NCBI GenBank assembly: GCA_040954595.2
Contig: CM082590.2
Span: 5,704,001-5,768,000, forward strand
Length of the DNA stretch: 64,000 nucleotides
DNA from: Balanoglossus misakiensis
Lineage: Eukaryota; Animalia; Hemichordata
Direction of reading: 5' to 3'
In this document: positions 50,245 to 61,436 of the stretch, in pieces
How positions within the stretch are numbered: position 1 is the first letter of the stretch
Layout of the letters: each line of letters begins with the position of its first letter
Notes under the pieces: generated by a model
Database searches by the model: none
What the model saw: only the letters and a program-made list of their open reading frames with translations
What the model was told of the DNA's origin: nothing
Program-made: the position numbers and the translations under genes

Positions 50245-53200
50245 TAGGGCACAAGCCAAGCAGGCTTGTGCCCTATTGGTATTACTGGGGTTTTTCATCT
50301 TGTTAGGGCCCAAGCCAAGCAGGCTTGGGCCCTATTGGTATTACTGGCTTTTTTCTTCTTCTTCTTCAGTCGTTTTTTCGGCCAGCTAGATCTGGAAAAC
50401 GGCCAAACCTACCAATTTCAAACTTGGCACAATGGTGCAGGCCTATGAGAGCATGATCTGTACCCTTGTGAATGTTTAATTAGTCACGTGACCTAATGAC
50501 CATATATGGGCAAAATTTTCAAATCGGCCTTATTTGCATATGAATGGAGATATCAAAATTCTGTTAAGATACTTTGTGGGCCATATGGCCAGGGTTCTAC
50601 ATGCCAAATGTCAAGGCCATAGGCCATGTCAATTTTGAGAAGAAGATTTTTAAGTATTATTTTTCATATTTTTTCGCCCAAGCCATCGGCCTATACTTTA
50701 CATAGTAAAGCTATGACCACATATTATTTTGGATAAATATGCATACATATCTCAAAATCTGTAAGGCCGATAATCTCCAACTTTGGTGTGCAGCTAGCCT
50801 AGCATTTGTCGATAATTTTAAGCGGAAAAAAATAATATGAAAAATCGACTGATTTTTTTATATTAATTTTTTTATTAAATTTATACCTTTACTTATACCT
50901 CTATGTCCATGTCTTATTGTGGAATTCTGGTCTGTGCAATAGTCCTGTACAGTGACTGTCTATTGGTCAGTGAGCACAATGGCACCAAAATAAAAGGCAC
51001 AATTTTAGGCTCACCTGTAACACCTGCTTAACTCATTAATTATGTGCATACCTAATTCTGGGCTACCTAAGAGGGCTAGAGGTTTCGTTCTTGTGGGACA
51101 TGGACAAGTATAGGGTCAAAATTTCTTGCCCAAATTTTGGGTGACCTCAGGTGACCTTTGACCTACTTTCCTATATCTCGGCATCCAGAGCAGGTACAGA
51201 CTTGGCGTTTGGAAGGTTGGGACTAAAGTTGAAAAGCCAAAATGGGGGTCACCTGTGACACCTGCATATCTCATTAATTATGTGCATACCTAATTCCAGG
51301 CTAACCAATAGGGCGATAGGTTTGGTTTTTGTTGAACATGGACCAGTATAGGGTCAAAATTTCTTGCCCAAATTTTGCATGACCTCAGGTGACCTTTGAC
51401 CTACTTTACCATATCTTGGCATCCACAGCAGTTACAAACTTGGAGTTTGGAGGGTTGAGACTGGAAGTGAAAAGCCAAAATTGGGGGTCACCTGTGACAC
51501 CTGCATATCTCATTAATTATGTGCATACCTAATTCCAGGCTAACCAATAGGGCTATAGGTTTGGTTTTTGTTGAACAAGGACCAGTTTAGGGTCAAAATT
51601 TCTTGCCCAAATATAACATGACCTCAGTTGACCTTTGACCTACTTTACCATATCTTGGCATCAAGAGCAGATATGCTTATTGCTATGTTGCTATGTGCTA
51701 TGTTGGCTTGGGCCCACTATTGCTGCTTGCAGCTATATTCTTCTTCTTCTTCTTCTTGTGTCGTTTTTTTCGTCAAGTAGATCTTGAAAACGGCTGAACC
51801 TACAAATCTTAAAGTTGGCACAATGGTGCAGGCCTCTGAGAGCATGAGCTGTACCCTTGTGAATGTTTAATTAGTCATGTGACCTGATGACCATATATGG
51901 GCAAAATTTTCAATTTGGCCTAATTTGCATATGAATGGAGATATCAAAATTCCGTTCAGATGCTTTGTGGACCATATGGCCAGGGTTCTACATGCCAAAC
52001 GTCAAGGCCATAAGCCATGTCATATTTGAGAAGAAGATTTTTAAGTATTATTTTCCATATTTTTCACCCAAGCCATGGGCCTATACTTCACATAGTAAAG
52101 CTATGACCACATATTATTTTGGATAAATATGCATACATATCTCAAAATCTGTTATGCCGATCATCTCCAACTTTGGTGTGCAGCTAGCCTAGCATTTGTC
52201 AATAATTATAAGTGAAAAAAAATAATATGAAAAATCGACCGATTTTTTTATATTAATTATTTTATTAAATTTATACCTTTACTTATACCTCTATGGTTAA
52301 GCTATGTCTATGTCTTATTGTGGAATTCTGGTCTGTGCAATAGTCTTGTACAGTGACGGTCTATTGGTCAGTGAGCACAATGGCACCAAAATAATGGGCC
52401 TAATTTGCATATGAATGATGATATCAAAATTCTGTGCAATCATTTTGCGGACCATATGGTCAGTGTCCTACATGCTAAATTTCAAGGCTCTGGGCCAAGT
52501 CAATTTTGAGAAGAAGATTTTTAAATATTATATTTCATATTTTTTGGACCCACCCATAGGCCTATACTTTCTATAGTTAAGCTATGATGCTATGTCCACA
52601 TCTGTGCAATGGTCCTGTACTGTGACTCTCTATTGGCCCGTGAGCAGAATGGGACCAAAATAAAAGGCAAAATTTAGGGCTCACCTGTAACACCTGCTTA
52701 ACTCATTAATTATGTGCATACCTAATTCTGGGCTAACTAATAGGGCTAGAGGTTTTGTGCTTGTGGGACATGGACCAGTAAAGGGTAAAAAAAAATTGCC
52801 CAAATTTTGGGTGACCTCAGGTGACCTTTGACCTACTTTCCTATATCTCGGCATCCAGAGCAGGTACAGACTTGGCGTTTGGAGGGTTGGGACTAAAATT
52901 TAAAAGCCAAAATTGAGGGTCACCTGTGACACCTGCTTATCTCATTAATTATGTGCATACCTAATTCCAGGCTAACCAATAGGGCTAGAGGTTTTGTTCT
53001 TGTGGGACATGGATCAGTATAAGGTCAAAAATTTTGCCCAAATTTTGGGTGACCTCAGGTGACATTTGACCTACTTTGCTATATCTCGGCATCCAGAACA
53101 GGTACATCATTTGTGTTTGGATGGATCGAACTATTAATGGAGTCTTCCACTTTACATCATTAATTATGTGCATTTCTAATTTCAGACAAACCAATAGGGC

Positions 53201-53332
53201 TAGAGGTCTGGTTTCTGTTGGACCTGGACTAGTATGGGGGTCAAAACTTTTTGCCCAAATTTTGGGTGACCACATATGACCTTTGACCTTCGGCTTAAGC
53301 TTGTGCCCGTCATCGCTGCTTGCAGCTATATT
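50245..53332 (+). mobile_element. HINE element E (GGGCACAAGC type; head 50245-50302, body 51740-53332)
   Basis: Head AGGGCACAAGCCAAGCAGGCTTGTGCCC. The body resumes after element F. Tail GCTTGTGCCC...GCAGCTATATT. Confidence 0.82.
50303..51739 (+). mobile_element. HINE element F (GGGCCCAAGC type), innermost
   Basis: Head TTAGGGCCCAAGCCAAGCAGGCTTGGGCCC and tail GGCTTGGGCCC...GCTGCTTGCAGCTATATT. Confidence 0.85.
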
Positions 53333-54018
53333 CTTCTACTTCTTTTTCTTCTTCTGTCGTTTTCTTTGGCGAGGTAGATCTGGAAAACTGCTAAACCTAC
53401 CAATTTCAAACTTGGCACAATGGTGCAGGCCAATGAGAGCTAGTGCAGTACCCTTGTGAATGTTTAATAAGTCATGTGACCTGATGACCATATATGGGCA
53501 AAATTTTCAAATCGACCTAATTTGCATATGAATGGAGATATCAAAATTCTGTTCAGATGCTTTGTGGACCACATAGCCAGGGTTCTACATGCCAAATGTC
53601 AAGGCCATAGGCCATGTCAATTTTGAGAAGAAGATTTTTAAGTATTATTTTTCATATTTTTCGCCCAAGCCATGTGCCTATACTTTACATAGTTAAGCTA
53701 TGACAACATATTATTTTGGATAAATATGCATACATATCTCAAAATCTGTTAGGCCGATCATCTCCAACTTTGGTGTGCAGCTAGCCTAGCATTTGTCAAT
53801 AATTTTAAGCGAACAAAACTACTATGAAAAATCGACCTATTTTTTTATATTAATTTTTTTATTAAATTTATACCTTTACTTATACCTCTATGGTTAAGCT
53901 ATGTCCATGTCTTGTTGTGGAATTCTGGTCTGTGCAATAGTCTTGTACATAGACTATCTATTGGTCAGTGAGCACAATGGCACCAAAATAAAAGGCAAAA
54001 TTTTAGGCTCACCTGTAA

Positions 54019-55930
54019 CAGTCGCATCGATGACCCATATTAGGAGTTGCTTATTAGCATAAAAATTAACATATCATTAATATGTAGAACGCGATCTGAC
54101 CAATGACGCGCCCGAAAAGCCGCGCCTCTCACCCATATCCCCGCCCTTTGTTAAGAAAATCACGACTTTTTCTTTTCAAATGTAAATTTTGGGGTCAAAT
54201 ACGCTGTTTGGGGATATCCCGTCAATTGAAAATAAGAAAGTACGAGTCAAACTTGCTACCGGGTCAATAAGAAAATTTTTCACCAGTGCTTTTGTGAAAT
54301 ATTTAATTTTGATTCTGGCGTCTACGCTATTTTTTGAGGATTTCGCCTGAAAGATGGCGTTATTAGACAGAGCATGTAGATTGAAGGCGTTCATCGAGAG
54401 CCAAAGTTTCCTAGTGACGGTGATCACCTGACTTGTCTATATCACCGCGCACAGCAACCAAAGCAAAAAGCGACACTTTAAGGACATGCACCCCCAAAAG
54501 ACATACATGTACTAGAATACTGTTAGACAGTTACATGTAAACAACGCCGTTGAAATATGATGCGGACGCGTGGGAAGTATACAGGCACTTGAAATGGGTG
54601 CCGCCCGCCCGTGTCCTCGCCCCTCGCTAGACAGATGATGGCCGCATATTTCCTAAAACCATGGAGGTACTAAGAGATGCCAAAGGAACGCTCGTTGTCT
54701 TTATTCTAGACGATGTGGTTGCGTTATAGTTGTGCAAAGTTTGATTTTGCCGATACTACTCCCCTCTACTGTTCAGCATGTAACTGCGTGCTGCCCACCC
54801 TCACCGCATGTACGTCGCCACACAAACAGGCTGACAGTCATGATTGTAGCTATAGCCTGGACAAATGATTGTTTATTTCGTCCTACGTAACATCAAAGGT
54901 TGTCATTTCACCACGATCATAATAAGCTCTACCGTTTTAATTTTGTTGTGAGCCAACTTAAACTTTGAGCGGCTGGGCTGGAAATAATAATCCCCCTTCA
55001 TGTAGTAATGCAAAATAATGAGTTGCGACTTACAGACTATTAAACACTATGTCGAAACACGTCAGTCACTCTTTATTGCGGAGGGACGTCGTCGACTGAG
55101 GACGAAAATATTGTTTGAACACCAGCGCAGCCAGCCTGTACGGTTTCCAGTTGGTCACTTCGCCGTTTTACTGCCACTTGCCCTTATCCGTCAAGGTCGT
55201 CAATTCATACACTAAGTCACGTCATGTTCCCTACCTTTATTCAAAGAGTAACCCTCATGTTTGATTGTCGAAAACGTAGACAAATTCTTATTCCATCACG
55301 AAAACAATTATTACCAGCGATCGACAGACTGACAGTATGAAGATCAAAAGTCATAGGTCAAAGGGTACGGTTGAGTCCTGTTTTTTCCGTGACGGGTTTC
55401 AGTGTGATGCAAAATATTCAATTCAGTCGCATAACTAAAATCAATAGATAAATGTAAAAACTGTATACTGGTACTTGTCTTTTGAATGATGTATGGCCCT
55501 GAAGAAAGGTCGTGTGTTTTAGTTGCGATGATACCAGTCAGGTGACCACCGTCACTTCATTTCATGCATCGGTCTGTCTAATACCAGGTCGCCATCTTTC
55601 AGGCGAAATCCTCAAAAAATAGCGTAGACGCCAATATCAAAATTAAATATTTCACAAAAGCACTGGTGAAAAATTTTCTTATTGACCCGGTAGCAAGTTT
55701 GACTCGTACTTTCTTATTTTCAATTGACGGGATATCCCCAAACAGCGTATTTGACCCCAAAATTTACATTTGAAAAGAAAAAGTCGTGATTTTCTTAACA
55801 AAGGGCGGGGAAATGGGTGAGAGGCGCGGCTTTCCGGGCGCGTCATTGGTCAGATCGCGTTCTACATATTAATGATATGTTAATTTTTATGCTAATAAGC
55901 AACTCCTAATATGGGTCATCGATGCGACTG
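54019..55930. mobile_element. Non-autonomous DNA transposon with 341-bp near-perfect TIRs (superfamily unassigned)
   Basis: TIRs are 54019-54359 and 55590-55930 (CAGTCGCATCGATGACCC…). The TSD reads as TGTAA (54014-54018, 55931-55935), or as GTA if each terminus is one base longer. The empty site CACCTGTAACACCTG is present in sibling HINE cores. Confidence 0.92.
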
Positions 55931-55935
55931 TGTAA

Positions 55936-57780
55936 CACCTGCTTAACTCATTAATTATGTGCATACCTAATTCTGGGCTAACTAAGAGGGCTACAGGTTT
56001 CGTTCTTGTGGGACATGGACCAGTATGGGGTCAAAATTTCTTGCCCAAATCTTGGGTGACCTCAGGTGACCTTTGACCTACTTTCCTATATCTCAGCATC
56101 CAGAGCAAGTACAGACTTGGCGTTTGGAGGGTTGGGACTAAAAAATTGAAAAGCCAAAATTGGGGGTCACCTGTGACACTTGCCTACCTCATTAATTATG
56201 TGCATACCTAATTCCAGACTAACCAATAGAGCTAGAGGTTTTGTTCTTGTGGGACATTGACCAGTATGGGCTCAAATTCTTTTGCCCACATTTTGAGTGA
56301 CCTCAGGTGACCTTTGACCTACTTTCCTATATCTCAGCATCCAGAGCAAGTACAGACTTGGCGTTTGGAGGGTTGGGACTAAAATTGAAAAGCCAAAATT
56401 GGGGGTCACCTGTGACACTTGCCTACCTCATTAACTATGTGCATACCTAATTCCACACTAACCAATAGAGCTAGAGGTTTTGTTCTTGTGGGACATTGAC
56501 CAGTATGGGCTCAAATTCTTTTGCCCACATTTTGAGTGACCTCAGGTGACCTTTGACCTACTTTCCTATATCTCAGCATCCAGAGCAAGTACAGACTTGG
56601 CGTTTGGAGGGTTGGGACTAAACTTGAAAAGCCAAAATGGGGGTCACCTGTGACACCTGCATATGTCATTTATTATGTGCATACCTAATTCCAGGCTAAC
56701 CAATAGGGCTATAGGTTTGGTTTTTGTTGAACATGGACCAGTATAGGGTCAAAATTTCTTGCCCAAATTTTGCATGACCTCAGGTGACCTTTGACCTACT
56801 TTACAAGATCTTGGCATCCAGAGCAGATACAGACGTGGCGTTTGGAGGGTTGGGACTAAAATTGAAAAGCCAAAATTGGCGGTCACCTGTGACACCTGCC
56901 TACCTCATTAATTATGTGCATACCTAATTCCAGGCTAACCAATAGGGCTATAGCTTTGTTTTTTGTTGAACATGGTCCAGTATAGGTCCAAATTTTTTTG
57001 CCCAAATTTTGGGTGACCTCAGGTGACCTTTGACCTACTTTCCTATATCTCGGCATCCAGAGCAGGTACAGACTTGGCGTTTGGAGGGTTGGGACTAAAA
57101 TTGAAAAGCCAAAATGGGGGTCACCTGTGACACCTGCATATCTCATTAATTATGTGCATACCTAATTCCAGGCTAACCAATAGGGCTATAGGTTTGGTTT
57201 TTGTTGAACATGTACCAGTATAGGGTCAAAATTTCTTGCCCAAATTTCGCATGACCTCAGGTGACCTTTGACCTACTTTACCAGATCTTGGCATCCACAG
57301 CAGGTACAGACTTGGCGTTTGGAGGGTTGGGACTAAAATTGAAAAGCCAAATTGGGGGTCACCTGTGACACATGCATATCTCATTAATTATGTGCATACC
57401 TAATTCCAGGCTAACCAATAGGGCTATAGGTTTGGTTTTTGTAGAACATGTACCAGTATAGGGTCAAAATTTCTTGCCCAAATTTCGCATGACCTCAGGT
57501 GACCTTTGACCTACTTTACCAGATCTTGGCATCCACAGCAGGTACAGACTTGGCGTTTGGAGGGTTGGGACTAAAATTGAAAAGCCAAATTGGGGGTCAC
57601 CTGTGACACATGCATATCTCATTAATTATGTGCATACCTAATTCCAGGCTAACCAATAGGGCTATAGGTTTGGTTTTTGTTGAACATGGACCAGTATAGG
57701 GTCAAAATTTCTTGCCCAAATTTTGCATGAACTCAGGTGACCTTTGACCTACTTTACCATATCTTGGCATCCAGAGCAGA
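55936..57780. repeat. ~238-240-bp tandem core repeat of HINE C (~8 copies)
   Basis: GGTCACCTGTGACAC...CATTAATTATGTGCATACCTAATTCCAGGCTAACCAATAG...GACCTCAGGTGACCTTTGACCTACTTT recurs every ~238-240 bp. Confidence 0.95.
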
Positions 57781-59278
57781 TATGCTTATTGCTATGTTGC
57801 TATGTGCTATGTTGGCTTGGGCCCGCTATTGCTGCTTGCAGCTATATTTATTATTCTTCCCACTATTAAAAATAGCCGCTATTCGAAGACCGTTGCACCC
57901 AATGACTTGAAATTTGGCTCATAGGTAAACCTCAAAGCAAGTAATTTTCTGATCATGTCACTATGGCAACAGGTCACATGACCTGGCAGCCATCTTGGAT
58001 TTAAACTTTTAAATTGGTGTCATTTGCATAAAAAATGACAAATCCAAATTCTGTTCAGAAACTTTGTGGACCATATGGCCAGGGTCCTATATGCCAAATT
58101 TCAATGTCTAAGTCCTTGCCGATTTTGAGGAGATGATTTTTAAAGCATTATTTTTCATATTTTCCATGACCATTGGACCCAGCCATTGGCCTATACTTTC
58201 CATGGTTAAGCTATGGCCCCCTAGGATTTTAGATTTATGCCCAAGATCTCAACATCCGCTGGGCTGATCAGCTTCAAATTTTGTGTGCAGCTAGCCTACC
58301 TTCCGACAATCAGTTCCAACTGAAAAAAATAATATGAAAAATCGACCGATTTTTTTATATTAATTTTTTTATGAAATCTATACCTATACTTATTCCACTA
58401 TACTTAAGCTATGGCCACATAGTTTTGTAGAATTCTGGTCGGTGCAATAGTCTGCAGCATAGGACCAGAATAAGAAGCCAAGTTTAAGGCTCACCTGTGA
58501 CACCTGCTCAACTCATTAATTATGTGCATACCTAATTCCAGGCAAACCAATAGGGCTACAGATCTGGTTTTTGTCGGACATGGACCAGTATGGGGTCAAA
58601 TTTTCCCCCCAAATTTTGGGTGACCTTGAGTGACCTTTGACCTACTTTCGCATACCTCAGCATCCAGAGCAGGTACAGCTTAGGTGTTTGGGTGGATGGG
58701 ACCAAAATAAGAAGCCAAATTTAAGGCTCACCTGTGACACCTGCTTAACTCATTAACTATGTGCATACCTAATTCCAGGCAAACCAATAGGGCTACAGGT
58801 CTGGTTTTTGTAGGACATGGACCAGTATGGGGACAAAATGTTTTCCCAAAGTTTGGATGTCCTTTGGTTGACCTTTGACCTACTTTCACATATCTCGGCA
58901 TCCAGAGCAGGTACAGCTCAGGTGTTTGGACAGACGGGACCAAAATAAGAAGCCAAATTTTAGAGTCACCTGTGACACCTGCCTAACCCATTAATTATGT
59001 GCATACCTAATTCCAGGCAAACCAGTAGGGCTACAGGTCTGGTTTTTGTTGGACATGGACCAGTATAGCGTAAAAATTTTCTGCTCATATTAAGCGTGAC
59101 CTCACGTGACCTTTGACCTACTTTTCCACATCTCAGCATCCACAGCACATACACCCTTGGCATTTGGAGTGATAGAACAACTAATGCAGTAATTAAATAT
59201 GCACAAATCTATCTCCAGGCGAACCAATAGGGCTAGTAGTGTCTCGAAACCCGCTTATTGCTGTTCACAGCTATATTT

Positions 59279-59625
59279 CTTATCTAATTTTGCCTGAAGG
59301 CTGTCGACCGCTGAACGCATAAATTTGCGAAACTCACGTTCGTCTTCGATGTCCGCACTCCTACGGTGTAAAGCCCTCGTAGTCGGTAATGGGTTTCGTT
59401 GCTGTTGTTGTGGAGGTAGTTTCAACTGTTTTCTGAGAGTTTTTTGTTGTTCTGCCTCCGGTCTGCATTCTTTCCTAGTTCAGTAGTCACACCGGGTGCT
59501 GGAGGTGGTTGATTTTACACGGTATTTGCGGTTAATGGCTCGAAATAGCTTGATTATTGTTCACAGTGGCGGAGCGTCGTAATTATGCGTGTTCACCCCA
59601 GCGCCATCACGCAGCGACTCCATCT
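59279..59625 (-). pseudogene. LINE 5' UTR and ORF1 N-terminal part (continues at 46446)
   Basis: The minus strand reads SADIEDEREFRKFMRSAVDSLQAKLDK up to the HINE tail, which continues naturally into NNDFQLKMLERLEK at 46446. There is a candidate ATG at 59468 (MQTGGRTTKNSQK, needs a frameshift) and a CpG-rich leader with GATGGCGC. Confidence 0.68.
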
Positions 59626-59654
59626 GAAACCAGCAAATCATAGAGCCAACAAAC

Positions 59655-60993
59655 GAGTGTAACTATTGTGCGGGTCATGCGGGCTGCGGGTCAGTGCGGG
59701 TCAACACTTTCAATATGACAATCATGTCCTAAGATTGTTGAAAAATATATCCTGTAACCAGCACACAACATATCATACACAAATAAACACAAGTTTTTTT
59801 TAAAATATGTATGTAAATTTTTATTCAATAACTCTTTGTGTCTTATATTTCCATTTTTCTGCTTGTCCACTTGCAAGGGATAAAGTTTTTGTTTCTAAGA
59901 AACAATCCAGCTCTGGCCAGGAAGTCAAATAGGGACTTAACACGAGATCTTCTTTGAAAATATGATGTCTTCCATGGTTTATTATGTCGCATAAAGCCTA
60001 TCAGTATGACATCACTGAAATAAAGTGGTAAGAACATCACTATTAGTACCAAAATTTTCTAAACAAGCAAAGATTGTCAATTTTCACAATCTGCTGATTC
60101 AAGATTGTTCAATTCAAGTTTTGCAAGTACTTGCTTGACAAGTTAATTTGATTTTATGTATTTTTTCACTTTAAAATGTACACTACAACAAACAAAAACA
60201 AAAACAAAAATATCCAAAGTGCAGGGATAACACAGAAAGGTTAAGAACTTATTTCCACTATGGTCCCACAAATAATATCAGACTGCTTTTAAGACCTCGA
60301 GGGATAACACACATTATGAAAATCAAAATGTGAAAAAATCAACTAGGCTTTGTACGCGTAAAACTAGACTAGCCCACTAATCGCTTGGTGATTTTTAAAT
60401 CTCAATACTTTTGTGTTTTCGGTGTTTTCGTGTCTGCCTTGTTTTTGGTAGTGAGGCAAGTTTCGAATTTGGGACTGAGCTTGTGATTTCGGGTAGCGTC
60501 GCGTTCCCTACACATAGCATGCATAATGAAGCCCATAGACTTGGAGTTGGAGCAAGTCTAGCGTAAAACATATTACATGGGGTTAGGTTGAGTGCGTGAC
60601 ACGCAGCTCGAGTCATAGATGCAATCACGACAATCTTTTACAATACAACTCATTATACTTTGCATATGAATAACGATTCTAAAGAATAAGATCGCTCGGT
60701 ACGTACCTAATGTCGGCGGACATCTTAACCGGATGGCGGGAAAGCATGACGTCACTGGTTGCGCAATACACGACCCGCACTGCAGCCAGCATCCTTGGTC
60801 GATTCCATTGTAATATTGAAAGATGTTGTATTTTTCGAGGTATTCACGAAAGTTATTATGGTATAAGAGGAATTTATATATTTTGGGTTCATTTTATTCC
60901 AAGAAACAATTGCACAGAAGTCTCATTCGTTTTTGGGGCGACCCGCAAATTGGCCCGCACCTTGACCTGCTGACCCGCAAAATAACGATACTG
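59655..60993. mobile_element. Mutator-like non-autonomous element with imperfect TIRs and a 9-bp TSD
   Basis: CCAACAAAC is at 59646-59654 and 60994-61002. The terminal 23-mers match 17/23 in inverted orientation. Subterminal GCGGGTCA / TGACCCGC repeats are present. Confidence 0.72.
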
Positions 60994-61158
60994 CCAACAA
61001 ACGCAAGGTTCTGAAGAAGAACCCACTGAAGAACCCCAGAGTCATGATTCTCATTGTGATGAAATTCCTAGAGCTTCTTCATCAAGCAGTTGACTCACAT
61101 TTCAAGTATCAGATTAATGATGTCATTTTTATTCCAACTTTAAACGTCTTCATTCCAG

Positions 61159-61257
61159 GATGGTTGGACAGCATTGCGTGTAGCGTCCTTGAAAGGTGAA
61201 TTGGATGCTGTCAGGGTGTTGATTAGCCATGGTGCAGATGTCAATGCGAAGGATAGG
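61159..61257 (+). CDS. Ankyrin-repeat exon (DGWTALRVASLKGELDAVRVLISHGADVNAKDR)
   Basis: 99-bp phase-0/0 exon between TTCCAG and GTACGT. It is a full 33-aa ankyrin repeat (G.T.L..A...G....V..L...GADVNAKD). Confidence 0.93.
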
Positions 61258-61436
61258 GTACGTGAACTGACTTATTACTTCATTATGGATAACGTGGCTA
61301 CACGTGTACTTACAACTTCATGACCACAGTAAAAACTTTGGATGATTCTTTTATTGACAGTCAGATGGAAATCATGACACATTTATTTGTACAGTTAAAT
61401 TTGATCTTTCTCTTGCTGCTAGGAGTGTGTGAATAT

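Larger units (their letters stand above)
48154..57849 (+). mobile_element. HINE element C (head 48154-48206, body 53333-57849)
   Basis: Head TAGGGCCCAAGCGCATGCAGCGCTTGGGCCCTA. The body resumes with (TTC)n at 53333. Tail GCTTGGGCCC...GCTGCTTGCAGCTATATTT. Confidence 0.78.
46447..59278 (+). mobile_element. HINE family A, outermost element of the nested stack (head 46447-46507, body 57850-59278)
   Basis: Head TAGGGTTTCGAGACCAGAGGGGTCTTGAAACCC and tail GTCTCGAAACCC...GCTGTTCACAGCTATATTT. Joined, they match the uninterrupted copy at 28819-30545. Confidence 0.9.
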
